Positions 30,212 to 39,914 of a stretch of DNA of 64,000 bases are shown one piece after another. Source of the stretch: Candidatus Aminicenantales bacterium (GTDB taxonomy: Bacteria > Acidobacteriota > Aminicenantia > Aminicenantales > UBA4085). The notes below the pieces were generated by a model. It did not search any database. It worked only from the letters and a program-made list of their open reading frames with translations, and was not told the origin of the DNA. Within the stretch, counting starts at the first letter, position 1. The number at the start of each line of letters is the position of its first letter. The stretch covers positions 62,001-126,000 of the forward strand of contig JBEKTZ010000005.1 of assembly GCA_049515535.1 (NCBI GenBank), in the 5' to 3' direction. The translations under genes and the position numbers were made by a program.

Positions 30212-31462
30212 ATGCTTTTGCCTTCAATTCTCCTGTTCTTGCTCTTTATCATCCTCAGCGCCTTCTTCGCCTCTTCGGAGACCGCCTTCATCGGTTCCAA
30301 CCCCTATACCCTGGAATATCTCGAGAAAAAGGGCTCGAAACGGGCCGGCACCGTAAAAAAGATCCTGGCCCGGATCGACGATTTCTTGACGACGGTCCTG
30401 ATCGGCAACACGCTCGTCAACGTCGCCGCGGCCTCCGTGGCGACCTACGTGTTCGGGTTTTATTTCCCCGATAAAAAGACCGCCGTCTTGCTCGCCACGA
30501 TCACGACGACCCTCATGCTCCTGTTCTTTTCCGAGATCAACCCGAAAATCTACGCGGCCTACAACCCCCTGAAGCTTTCCTTCCTGTTCGCCAGGCTCGT
30601 CCGCGCCTTCATGCTCCTGTTTTATCCGTTCGTCAAGAGCTTCTCGTTCCTCTCCAGCCTGATCTTCCCTTCGACCGGGAAAAAGTCCCCGGGCATGTCG
30701 CGCTCCTTCACCGTTGATGAAACCAAAGTTCTCCTGACGTCGGGGATCAAAGGAATGTCGGCTTTCAGGAAAAAGATGATCGCCGAGATCTTGGATATCG
30801 CCTCGCGTCGGGTAAAAGAGATCATGACGCCGCGCCCCCGGATCAAGGCCATCGAGATCGAGTCGTCCCGTGAGCAGATCCTGGCCATCGTTCTCCGCGA
30901 GGGATTTTCCCGTTTTCCCGTTTTCAGGGGGCGGCTTGATCACATTGAAGGGCTCATCCACACCAAGGATATCATTCCCTATCTCATCGACAACAAGGAC
31001 TTCGACTTGACGAAATTTCTCCGTAAGCCTTTCTTCGTTCCCGAATCGGCCTCGGTCGAAAAGGTCCTGATCCAAATGCAGGAAAATTCCGTCCACATGG
31101 CCTTCGTCGTCGATGAATTCGGCAACATGGAAGGCATCGTCTCCCTGCAGGACATTCTCGAGGAAATCGTGGGCGATATCCAGGACGGCTATGACGCAAA
31201 GGAAGAGGAATGGTTTACGCCGGTCGGCGAAAACGCGTTTCTGATCAAGGGCGCGGCCGGCATCAAGGATATCAACCGGAGGCTGCCTCGCCCTCTCCCC
31301 GAGAGCGGCGAATATACGACGCTGGCCGGGTTCTTTTTATACGAATTCGGCCGGATCCCGATCGAAAAGGACGACTTGGCTTACAAGGGAATGCATTTCA
31401 TTGTCGAAAAAATGAACAAGCGGCATATCAGCCTCATCCGCGTGGAGATCCCCGATGCATGA
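30212..31462 (+). CDS. CNNM/hemolysin family membrane protein (DUF21 + CBS + CorC)
   Basis: SAFFASSETA, LIGNTLVN, MTPR, FSRFPV, VDEFG, LEEIVGDI. Confidence 0.93.
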   Translation: MLLPSILLFLLFIILSAFFASSETAFIGSNPYTLEYLEKKGSKRAGTVKKILARIDDFLTTVLIGNTLVNVAAASVATYVFGFYFPDKKTAVLLATITTTLMLLFFSEINPKIYAAYNPLKLSFLFARLVRAFMLLFYPFVKSFSFLSSLIFPSTGKKSPGMSRSFTVDETKVLLTSGIKGMSAFRKKMIAEILDIASRRVKEIMTPRPRIKAIEIESSREQILAIVLREGFSRFPVFRGRLDHIEGLIHTKDIIPYLIDNKDFDLTKFLRKPFFVPESASVEKVLIQMQENSVHMAFVVDEFGNMEGIVSLQDILEEIVGDIQDGYDAKEEEWFTPVGENAFLIKGAAGIKDINRRLPRPLPESGEYTTLAGFFLYEFGRIPIEKDDLAYKGMHFIVEKMNKRHISLIRVEIPDA

Positions 31463-31925
31463 GCCGAGCCGGGCAAGAACGATCGCCGTCAATAAGCCCG
31501 CGTTTTTCCACTACGACATCCTTGAGACGATCGAGGCGGGCGTCGAGCTCCTGGGCAGCGAGGTGAAAGCCATCAAGGAAGGCCGGATCAGCCTGAAAGA
31601 AAGCTTCGCCGAGATCAAGGACGGCGAGGCGTTTCTTCTCAATTGCCACATCAGCCCTTATGAGCCGGCCAACCGCTTCAACCACGATCCGCTGCGGCCG
31701 AAGAAACTCCTTCTCCACCGCCGGGAGATCAAGCGCCTGACCGGGAAAATCAAGGAAAAAGGGCTGACGCTCGTGCCGATCAAGATCGTCCTCAACGAAA
31801 AAGGCCGGATCAAGGCCGAGGTGTCCCTGGCCAAGGGCAAAAAAGTCTATGAAAAAAAAGAGGCGATCAAAGAGCGGGAGAGAAACCGGGAATTGCGGGC
31901 GCAGCTAAAATACGCACGGCGATAA
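31455..31925 (+). CDS. smpB: SsrA-binding protein
   Basis: EAGVELLGSEVKAI, KKLLLHRREI, AKGKK. Confidence 0.97.
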   Translation: MHEPSRARTIAVNKPAFFHYDILETIEAGVELLGSEVKAIKEGRISLKESFAEIKDGEAFLLNCHISPYEPANRFNHDPLRPKKLLLHRREIKRLTGKIKEKGLTLVPIKIVLNEKGRIKAEVSLAKGKKVYEKKEAIKERERNRELRAQLKYARR

Positions 31926-32852
31926 TTCACTGGCCAGCCGGATGGCCTCGGTCATGCTCCGGGGGTCCGCCGCGTTTTTCCCGGCGATATCGAAAGCCGT
32001 GCCGTGGTCCGGCGAAGACCGGATGAACGGCAAGCCGAGCGTCACGTTGACGCCCGTCGCGAAGGCGTCCAACTTGAAAGCGATCAGCCCCTGGTCGTGA
32101 TAGAGGGCGATGACGATCTTTTCGGGATGTCCGAGAGCGGTCCGGAAAATGACGTCCGGAGGATAGGGTCCGCTGATCTCGAGCCCCGCGGACCGCGCGT
32201 CTTCGATGGCGGGCCGGATTTCGTCTTGTTCTTCGCAGCCTAAAAGCCCGTCCTCTCCGGCGTGAGGATTCAGCCCGGCGACGAGAAACTCGGGCTTCCC
32301 CGGCCTGGCTTTCGCCGCGCATTCATGGAGAGCGCGAAAGAAATTCGCGAGATTCTTTCTCGTCACTCTCGCGATCGCCTCCCGCAAAGCCAGATGATGG
32401 CTGAAGAGCGCGACCGTCATCTTCTCGGACCAGAATGTCATAACGGCCCCGGGATAGAATCGCTCGAGATATTCGGTGTGGCCGCGCCAGGGGATTCCGC
32501 CAAGAGCCCAGGAGCGCTTGGAAACAGGGGCCGTCACGAGCGCTTGGATCTCTCCCTTTCTCGCGGCTTCGACGGCCTCTTGAAAATACAGAAAAGACGC
32601 CGAGCCGTTGTCTTTATCGGCCGCGCCTTTTTTGACCACCCTCAAAGATGTCGGTACCTCCCGGATCGCCACGGCCTTCCGGTCCAACTTCAGGCCGAGC
32701 GCGTTTTCTTCATTTTCCAGGATGGACGAAGAGCCGAAAAGAACATAGTGGACCGCGGGGAACCCCTTCGGGTTTGCCAGCGATTTTATGACGATCTCGG
32801 GGCCGATCCCGCCCGGGTCTCCGAGCGTGATCCCGATCCGGGACAAGCTCAT
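31905..32852 (-). CDS. pdxA: 4-hydroxythreonine-4-phosphate dehydrogenase (PdxA family)
   Basis: GDPGGIGPE, GHTEYL, LNPHAGE, YHDQG, RSSPDHGTAFDIAG. Confidence 0.95.
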   Translation of the reverse strand: MSLSRIGITLGDPGGIGPEIVIKSLANPKGFPAVHYVLFGSSSILENEENALGLKLDRKAVAIREVPTSLRVVKKGAADKDNGSASFLYFQEAVEAARKGEIQALVTAPVSKRSWALGGIPWRGHTEYLERFYPGAVMTFWSEKMTVALFSHHLALREAIARVTRKNLANFFRALHECAAKARPGKPEFLVAGLNPHAGEDGLLGCEEQDEIRPAIEDARSAGLEISGPYPPDVIFRTALGHPEKIVIALYHDQGLIAFKLDAFATGVNVTLGLPFIRSSPDHGTAFDIAGKNAADPRSMTEAIRLASELSPCVF

Positions 32853-33220
32853 TTCTTATCGTCGGGCTCTGGTTCGCCGCCGTCCTTGCCTTCGCTGAGC
32901 TTATACATGTATTTGATGTTGCTTTTGAAAACGAGAAGATTCGGAGCGTTGTCGCGGTTGAGCTTGATGCAGTTGCGGTCATACCATTCGATGTAGCCCT
33001 CGATCACCTGGCCGTCGCCGAAAACCACCGCCATGGGCGTCTTCTTGCCCATTTGCTTGAGATAATAATAATTTTCCGCGGACGTGTCGGTCGGGGGGTG
33101 TATTTTCTTCTGGGGTTGGGGCTGCGGCTGATGCAACGGTTGTTGTTGTTTGGCCATTTCGTTGGCCTTTATCTTATCTTTGATCTCCGTGAAATTGGGT
33201 CTGATAAGCTTTCTATTCAT
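32849..33220 (-). CDS. hfq: Hfq-like Sm-fold RNA chaperone with a Gln/Pro-rich N-terminal extension
   Basis: YYLKQM..KTPMAVVFGDG..IEG.IEWYD..LLVFKSNI matches the Hfq Sm1/Sm2 pattern; divergent. Confidence 0.7.
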   Translation of the reverse strand: MNRKLIRPNFTEIKDKIKANEMAKQQQPLHQPQPQPQKKIHPPTDTSAENYYYLKQMGKKTPMAVVFGDGQVIEGYIEWYDRNCIKLNRDNAPNLLVFKSNIKYMYKLSEGKDGGEPEPDDKK

Positions 33221-33320
33221 GAGAAAACTCCCTGGCGAAAAGTGAATCGCTGATTGCTTCGTTAGAGCTTGTCAAGAATAATACCACCAAATGCAATAAA
33301 AATCAAAGCCATTCGGGGGA

Positions 33321-33983
33321 TCAGGGACGGATCAAGGGCTTGAGGGCGGAAAACCAGTTCCCGGCGAGGAAGCGGTAACCGTCGTTCGAGGGATGAACGT
33401 CGGGGAGGAGATCCGGCCGGCCGAGGAAAAGCGCATAATTATCGACCAGCGGAAGATTCTCCTTCGCCGCGATCGACCGGACGGCCGGGTTGATCTCGGC
33501 GCTGACCCGTTCCGCGGACTCCGGCGCGAAAGGGAACGGCGTTTCTTTGGGGATGGGAGGGATCGTCGCCAGCAGGATTCCCGGCGCGTTCCCGGATCGG
33601 TTTCGAAAGCCGCGAAAAACGGCGATGATCTTCAGCATGTGGCTTCGAAAAACGTCCGTCGGCGTATGATCGGCATCGACGCGCACGTCGTTCGTCCCCA
33701 GCTGGATCAGGATGAAATCGGGCCGTTCGGCTTTCAGGCGTTCCGTGTTTCGCTCCAGAAAATCCAAGTATTGCCCGGATGTGAATCCGCTCCGGCCGTA
33801 GTTGAGAACGCGGGCGCGAAGCTCTTCCCCATTGAAGAGCCGCTGGAGAAAATGCGGATAGGCTCCGGCCGTGATGCTGTCGCCGGCGCAGAAAACGATG
33901 ACGCCCCGGGGTGCGGAGGCGCAGACCGAGATGAAGAACGGCATCAGGAGAAGAAGGGAATACCGGCCGATACGGATCTGCAT
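33321..33983 (-). CDS. SGNH/GDSL hydrolase family protein
   Basis: GDSIT, GRSG, LGTND, DVHP; start uncertain. Confidence 0.9.
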   Translation of the reverse strand: MQIRIGRYSLLLLMPFFISVCASAPRGVIVFCAGDSITAGAYPHFLQRLFNGEELRARVLNYGRSGFTSGQYLDFLERNTERLKAERPDFILIQLGTNDVRVDADHTPTDVFRSHMLKIIAVFRGFRNRSGNAPGILLATIPPIPKETPFPFAPESAERVSAEINPAVRSIAAKENLPLVDNYALFLGRPDLLPDVHPSNDGYRFLAGNWFSALKPLIRP

Positions 33984-34058
33984 AGAATCCATTATAATGG
34001 GTGGCCTTGCGCCGGACAAGGCGCCGCGCGGATCATGAAAAAAGCCGAAAAAACCCGG

Positions 34059-34087
34059 TTGACAAATTCCGGTGATCCCCCTACAAT
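34059..34087 (+). promoter_or_regulatory. sigma70 promoter of the metal-efflux operon
   Basis: TTGACA-N17-TACAAT. Confidence 0.75.
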
Positions 34088-34122
34088 GAATCTACCGATA
34101 ATTGCTTGATAAATAAATACTT

Positions 34123-34401
34123 ATGATAAAGAGAACAAAAAGATTTCTTTGCCCGGCCCTCTTTCTCTCCCTCGTTTTCCTATTCGGCGCGACGATCATT
34201 CTCCACGATTATTTATGCCAAGAGCATCTGCATGAGATCTACAGCCCCCTGCACTCGTATTATAACAATCCTCCGGCTTTTGAAGCCGGGGCCTTTTTCG
34301 GCCGGCTTCCGGAAACGAATATCCTGATCGTCCCAAATGAAAAAATCCATCTTTATGAGTTCATAAAAAACATTTTCCATCCCCCCGATTTCCAGTCTTA
34401 A
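34123..34401 (+). CDS. Small His-rich exported/leader protein preceding the heavy-metal RND operon
   Basis: N-terminal hydrophobic helix, HDYLCQEHLHE..H, C-terminal IFHPP. Confidence 0.65.
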   Translation: MIKRTKRFLCPALFLSLVFLFGATIILHDYLCQEHLHEIYSPLHSYYNNPPAFEAGAFFGRLPETNILIVPNEKIHLYEFIKNIFHPPDFQS

Positions 34402-34457
34402 GCCTTCCCGGGTCTCTTTCCCCCCATCCAGTTCGGTCTTTTTTACGGAGGCTTGAC

Positions 34458-35687
34458 GTGAGGAAACAACTTTCTCTTGTGCTTTTTTTCGCCGCGCTCT
34501 TCTGTCCGCCGGCATTCGGAGAGGACGGGCTGACCCTCGACCAGGCCGTCCAGACCGCCCTGAAGCGGAACCCCGCGATTCTCCTGGCGCAGAAGAACAT
34601 GGCGGGCGCGACGGCGAAAAGGCTCCAAATGGAAGCGCTGTCCGACCCGACGCTCGTTTTCAGAGACGAAGGCCTTTCTCTGAAAAACCAGCCTTCCGGC
34701 GGCAGCGACAAGGAATACAGCCTGGGCATCGAGCAGGGACTCGAGTTTCCGGGGAAAAGAGCCTTGCGGGCCGAGATCGGCCGCTACGGCGAAGACCAGG
34801 CCGCGCTCGAGCTCGAAAGGACCCGTCTCCTTGTCGCCGCGCGAGTGAAAAAATCCTATTACAAGGCCGTGCTGTCCCGGAGAACGCTCGAGTCTCTGGA
34901 AAAATCTTCCGGTTTGCTCGACCAGTTCGGCGAGAATTTAATCATTAAATATCGGGCCGGAACCGCGTCCTACAGCGATGTCCTCCGGGCCAAAGTGGAA
35001 AAAGCCCGCCTCCAAAACCAGATCATCGAGCAACGAAAAGACGGGGCTTTGGCCAAAGCGGAACTGAATCTTCTGCTGGGCAAAAAAGGCGATGACGCGC
35101 CGACCTTGTCGACCGATATCGCTTACATCCCTTGGACCAAAAGCTTGCCGGTCTTGATGGAAGAGTCGCGCGCGGCAAGCCCGACGTTGAAGCTTCTCGC
35201 CTCGAAGCGCCGGATGTCCGAAGCGGGTCTTCGTCTGGCCCGGAAGAGCGTTCTTCCCGACTTTTCCCTGGGTCTCTATTTCCCGAGCCTTCGCGGGAGC
35301 GCCTGGGGGTTCTCATTGGGCGTCAATCTTCCGCTCTGGCGAACACGGCAGAACGGCGAGATCATGGAAGCCCAGGCCGCGGACGACAGCGCTCTCATTA
35401 ACGCCGAGAACGAAGAGCTCCGAATCATGACCCGGATCGAGAACGCTTATGCCGGCGTCAAGGCCTCGGAAGAACAAGTGAAGATCTTCGAGCAGCGGCT
35501 TTTAAAGGACATGGAAGACGAACTCAAGCTCGGCCTCAGCGATTACCAATTCGGCAAGCTCGAATTCTTCAACCTGCTCGATCTTTATCGAACATATACC
35601 GTGGCCCAGCTCGAGCACTTGAAATCGCTCTATCTCTATTTGATATCCCTGGCCGACCTTGAAGTCGCCGGCGAGGAGGATTCATGA
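34458..35687 (+). CDS. Outer membrane efflux protein (CzcC/TolC family)
   Basis: LTLDQAVQTAL..NP; two OEP repeats; GGAGG SD, GTG start. Confidence 0.92.
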   Translation: MRKQLSLVLFFAALFCPPAFGEDGLTLDQAVQTALKRNPAILLAQKNMAGATAKRLQMEALSDPTLVFRDEGLSLKNQPSGGSDKEYSLGIEQGLEFPGKRALRAEIGRYGEDQAALELERTRLLVAARVKKSYYKAVLSRRTLESLEKSSGLLDQFGENLIIKYRAGTASYSDVLRAKVEKARLQNQIIEQRKDGALAKAELNLLLGKKGDDAPTLSTDIAYIPWTKSLPVLMEESRAASPTLKLLASKRRMSEAGLRLARKSVLPDFSLGLYFPSLRGSAWGFSLGVNLPLWRTRQNGEIMEAQAADDSALINAENEELRIMTRIENAYAGVKASEEQVKIFEQRLLKDMEDELKLGLSDYQFGKLEFFNLLDLYRTYTVAQLEHLKSLYLYLISLADLEVAGEEDS

Positions 35688-36796
35688 AAAAATCGCATGT
35701 CATCATCATCGGTATTCTGACCGTCGGATTATCTTTGGCCGCGTGCAAAGCCGCTCCCGAGAAGGAAGCGGCGAACCCCTCCGCCGAAGAAAAGGCCCCG
35801 GCAGCCGTCACCCTGACGCCGGAAGCCGTCAAAACCGCCGGCATCGTGGCCGTGGAAGCGGGGTTCCTTCCCGCCGTGCGGACGATCCATGCTCCGGGCG
35901 AAATCATTTTCAATCCCAAGAAGCTGGCCCATATGACGACGAGGACATCCGGCCGGATTGAACGGCTCTTTGCTTATCAGGGAGACAAGATTCGGGAAGG
36001 CCAAACGCTCCTCCTTTTTTACAGCAAGGATTTTCTCTCTCTCCAGGCCGATCTGCTTCAAGCGCTCGATCGTTTCAAAAGGCTCGAAGCGGAACCGGCG
36101 GAGCAAACGATCGCCCGATCTCTGCTGGACTCGGTCAGGAACCGTCTGCGTCTCCTCGATGTCACGGACGAGGAACTCGCCGAGATCGAGAAAACCGGGA
36201 TCATCAAGCCCTTGCTTCCCGTGCGGGCCCCGCTGACGGGGAGCATCCTCGAGAGCCTGGCGATCGCCGGCGATTTCGTCGAGTTCGGCGTCGATCTGTT
36301 CAGGGTCGCCGATCTCTCCACGGTCTGGGCGGATATTCACATTTTCGAGAAAGACATGGCCAGCGTCAGCCCGGGGATCGAGGCCGTGATCCGCATCGGC
36401 GCGTATCCGGGACAAGACTTCAAAGGCCGGCTTTTTCAGCTCGGCAATAGTGTCGAAGAAAAAACGAGAACCGTGGAGGGCCGCGTCGAGCTCGCGAACG
36501 CGGACGGCCGGCTCAAGCCGGGGATGTATGTCGAGGCCGAACTTCTGTCTTCCACGGGAGCGCGAATCCTGTGCGTGCCCGCGGCGGCCGTCCAGGATTT
36601 TCAAAACAAAAAAATCGTCTTCGTCAAGACGGGGGAAAACATCTTCGCCCTGCGGGAGGTCGAAACCGGGATTTCCTTCGACGGATTCGTCGAAATTCTC
36701 AACGGCCTGAAGGACAAGGAGACCGTCGTGGCGGGCGGCAGCTTTTTTCTCAAATCCGAGATCATGAAAAAGAGCCTGGGAGGGGATCTGCCATGA
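35684..36796 (+). CDS. RND periplasmic adaptor (CzcB/CusB family), lipoprotein
   Basis: LAAC lipobox, APLTG, ADLSTVW, LKPGMYV. Confidence 0.93.
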   Translation: MKKSHVIIIGILTVGLSLAACKAAPEKEAANPSAEEKAPAAVTLTPEAVKTAGIVAVEAGFLPAVRTIHAPGEIIFNPKKLAHMTTRTSGRIERLFAYQGDKIREGQTLLLFYSKDFLSLQADLLQALDRFKRLEAEPAEQTIARSLLDSVRNRLRLLDVTDEELAEIEKTGIIKPLLPVRAPLTGSILESLAIAGDFVEFGVDLFRVADLSTVWADIHIFEKDMASVSPGIEAVIRIGAYPGQDFKGRLFQLGNSVEEKTRTVEGRVELANADGRLKPGMYVEAELLSSTGARILCVPAAAVQDFQNKKIVFVKTGENIFALREVETGISFDGFVEILNGLKDKETVVAGGSFFLKSEIMKKSLGGDLP

Positions 36797-39700
36797 TCGA
36801 ACGCATCATTTCGTTCACCCTGAAACAGCGGCTGCCCGTCATCATCTGCGTCCTGCTTCTCGTCGGCCTGGGCGTTTATTCCTTTCTCCGGCTGCCGATC
36901 GACGCCTTTCCCGACGTCACGAATATCCAGGTCGAGCTGCTGTCCAGCGCGCCCGGTCTGTCTCCCATCGAAGTCGAAAAGTTCGTGACCTATCCGATCG
37001 AGATGGCCATGCGCGGGCTGCCCCGGCTGGAGCAGCTCCGCTCGGTCTCGAAGTTCGGACTCTCGGTCGTGACCGTCGTCTTCGAAGAAGGGGTGGACGT
37101 TTATTTCGCCCGGCAGCTCGTGCTCGAGCGCCTGATCGAAGCCAAGGACAGGGTTCCGGCCGGCGTGGAAATCACCATGGGGCCGGTCTCCACGGCCATG
37201 GGCGAAATCTACCAATACACGCTGGAGGGGAAGGTTTCCGCCGGAGCCGCGGAGAAAGTCCGCTATTTGACCGAAATGCGGACCGCCCAGGACTGGATCC
37301 TTTCGCCGATGCTCAAATCCATTCCCGGCGTCAGCGATATCAATTCCTTCGGCGGCTACATCAAGCAATATCAGGTCGTGGTCGATCCGGACAAGCTCGT
37401 CAAATACGACCTGTCGCTCGACGGATTGGCCGAAGCGCTCAAGAAAAACAATCTCAACGTCGGCGGGAACGTGCTGCAGAGCCAGGCCCAACAATATCTC
37501 GTCCGCGGCATCGGCCTCCTCCAGTCCGTGGACGACATCGGCGCGATCGTGCTCCGCTCCGAAAAAGGAACGCCCGTCCTCCTTCGCGACGCGGCCGACA
37601 TCCGGGCCGGACAGGCGGTCCGCCAGGGCGCTTCGGTCAAAGACGGCAAGGAGGAAGCCGTCGGCGGGATCGTCATGATGCTCCGCGGAGCGAACAGCCG
37701 CGAAGTCGTCAAGGCCGTCGAAGATCGCGTTTCCGAGATCAACTCCAACGCCATCCTCCCCCTCGGCCTGAAGATTAAGCCGTTTTACCGGAGATCGGAA
37801 ATCGTGGAGAAAAGCGTTCATACCGTGACCGAGGCGCTCATCATCGGATTGTTTTTCGTCAGCTTCGTTCTCTATCTGTTCCTGCGCAGCTTCCGGGGCG
37901 CTTTCATCGTCATCCTGGCCCTGCCCCTTTCGATGCTTTTCACGTTCATCATGATGCGCCTGGCCGGCCTCTCGGCCAACCTCATGTCGCTCGGCGGTCT
38001 GGCCATATCCATCGGCATGATCATCGACGCGACCATCATCCAGGTGGAGAACGTCGAGCGCCATCTCGGAGAGCCGGGCGCGGCCGGGCGAAAAATGGCC
38101 ACGGTCTTAAAGGCCGTGCTTGAGGTCCGCAAACCGAGCATTTTCGGCGAGCTCATCATCGCCCTGACGTTCATCCCGATCATCGCCCTGCAGGGGATCG
38201 AGGGCAAGATGTTCTTGCCTCTGGCGTTCACCTACGTGATCGCCCTGTTCGCCTCGCTCGTGCTCTCGCTCTTTGCCATCCCCGCCTTTTGTTTTCTGAT
38301 CCTCAAGACAAGGAAAGAGAAAAAGATCGTCATCATCGACGCCGCGAGAAAAGCGTATCTCCCCCTGTTGCGATGGGGGTTGAATCATAAAGCCGCGCTT
38401 CTCGTCGTCTGCGCGGTCCTTTTCGGGGGGACGCTCGCCCTGGTTCCCCGCCTTGGAACGGAATTCATGCCGATCATGGACGAGGGCGCGTTTGATTTCG
38501 ACATCCAGTTCCTGCCCGGGATCTCCTTGCCGGAATCGCTCGAGATGAGCCGCAAAGTGGAAGAACGGCTCATGCGGTTTCCTGAACTCGAGACGATCGT
38601 TTCAAGGACCGGCCAGACCGGGATCGCGCTCGAAGCCCGCGGCGTGGAAAAAACGGGCTATGTCGGGATGCTCAGGCCTCGCGCCCAATGGACCACGGCC
38701 AAAACGCGCGAGGATCTCACGGAAAAAATGCGCGAGGCGATGACCGATTTCCCGGGCATGGCCTTTTCTTTCAGCCAGCCCATTGCCTGCCGGATCGACG
38801 AGATCGTGGCCGGAACGCGAGCCCAGCTCATCATCAAGCTCTTCGGCGAGGATCTTGACGTATTGAAGGACAAGGCCAACGATATCGCCAAAACACTGTC
38901 AAGGATCCGCGGCACGGCCGACCTGGTGGTGGAAAGCATCGCCGGGCAGCCTTACATTTCCATCCGGACCGACCGGGCAAAAATCGCCCGCTACGGCATC
39001 AACGTTCAGGATGTCCAGACGATCGTGGAAACGGCCATCGGCGGGAAATCGGTGACCCAGCTCTTCGAAGGCGAGAAATATTTCGACGTCCAGCTCCGCT
39101 TCCCGGAAAACAAGAGAAACTCGGCGGAGGCCATCGGAAACATCCTCGTCGCCTCGTCTCAGGGGACGAGAATTCCCCTGAGCCAGATCGCCGACATCGT
39201 CACCTCGGAAGGTCCGTCCCAGATCAGCCGCGAAGCCGGCCGGCGCCGGATCGGCGTCGAGTGCAATATCTCCGACCGCGACCTCGGAGGCTTCGTGGCC
39301 GAGGCCAAGCGCCTGGTCCGGCAGAACGTGAAGCTTCCGCCCGGCTACTACCTCACTTGGGGCGGCCAGTTCGAGAATCAGCAGCGGGCGATGCGGCGCC
39401 TGGCGATCATCCTCCCCGTCACGATCGGACTCATTCTCTTCCTGTTGTTCGTGACCTTCAATTCCCTGCGCTTGGCGCTGCTCGTTCTCGTGAACCTTCC
39501 CTTCGCGCTGATCGGCGGAGTGCTTTCGCTCTATATCGCCGGCCTCTACCTCTCCGTCCCGGCTTCCGTAGGATTCATCGCCCTCTTCGGCATCGCGGTC
39601 CTCAACGGGATCGTCCTCATCTCTTACATCACCCAGATGCGAGAGCAGGGGAAACCTATGGGCGAGGCGATCCTTCACGGATGCTCGAACCGGCTCAGGC

Positions 39701-39903
39701 CGGTCCTGATGACCGCGTCGATCACGATTTTCAGCTTGATTCCCCTCTTATTCGCCACAGGACCGGGATCGGAGATCCAGAAGCCGCTGGCTGTCGTGGT
39801 CGTCGGCGGATTGGTGACCTCGACGCTGCTGACGCTGCTGGTCCTGCCGGCCTTATACGGTTGGTTCGCGCCCAAAAAGGAAAAAGCTCCGGATCAAGGC
39901 TAG
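36793..39903 (+). CDS. CusA/CzcA family heavy-metal RND permease
   Basis: LPIDAFPDVTNIQV, GIEGKMF, LSVPASVGFIALFGIAVLNG, RLRPVLMTA. Confidence 0.96.
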   Translation: MIERIISFTLKQRLPVIICVLLLVGLGVYSFLRLPIDAFPDVTNIQVELLSSAPGLSPIEVEKFVTYPIEMAMRGLPRLEQLRSVSKFGLSVVTVVFEEGVDVYFARQLVLERLIEAKDRVPAGVEITMGPVSTAMGEIYQYTLEGKVSAGAAEKVRYLTEMRTAQDWILSPMLKSIPGVSDINSFGGYIKQYQVVVDPDKLVKYDLSLDGLAEALKKNNLNVGGNVLQSQAQQYLVRGIGLLQSVDDIGAIVLRSEKGTPVLLRDAADIRAGQAVRQGASVKDGKEEAVGGIVMMLRGANSREVVKAVEDRVSEINSNAILPLGLKIKPFYRRSEIVEKSVHTVTEALIIGLFFVSFVLYLFLRSFRGAFIVILALPLSMLFTFIMMRLAGLSANLMSLGGLAISIGMIIDATIIQVENVERHLGEPGAAGRKMATVLKAVLEVRKPSIFGELIIALTFIPIIALQGIEGKMFLPLAFTYVIALFASLVLSLFAIPAFCFLILKTRKEKKIVIIDAARKAYLPLLRWGLNHKAALLVVCAVLFGGTLALVPRLGTEFMPIMDEGAFDFDIQFLPGISLPESLEMSRKVEERLMRFPELETIVSRTGQTGIALEARGVEKTGYVGMLRPRAQWTTAKTREDLTEKMREAMTDFPGMAFSFSQPIACRIDEIVAGTRAQLIIKLFGEDLDVLKDKANDIAKTLSRIRGTADLVVESIAGQPYISIRTDRAKIARYGINVQDVQTIVETAIGGKSVTQLFEGEKYFDVQLRFPENKRNSAEAIGNILVASSQGTRIPLSQIADIVTSEGPSQISREAGRRRIGVECNISDRDLGGFVAEAKRLVRQNVKLPPGYYLTWGGQFENQQRAMRRLAIILPVTIGLILFLLFVTFNSLRLALLVLVNLPFALIGGVLSLYIAGLYLSVPASVGFIALFGIAVLNGIVLISYITQMREQGKPMGEAILHGCSNRLRPVLMTASITIFSLIPLLFATGPGSEIQKPLAVVVVGGLVTSTLLTLLVLPALYGWFAPKKEKAPDQG

Positions 39904-39914
39904 GGCCGGCGTTC

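Noticed and set aside
31455..31925. tmRNA gene next to smpB
   Set aside because: Both flanks are occupied by overlapping CDSs and no tRNA-like ends were seen
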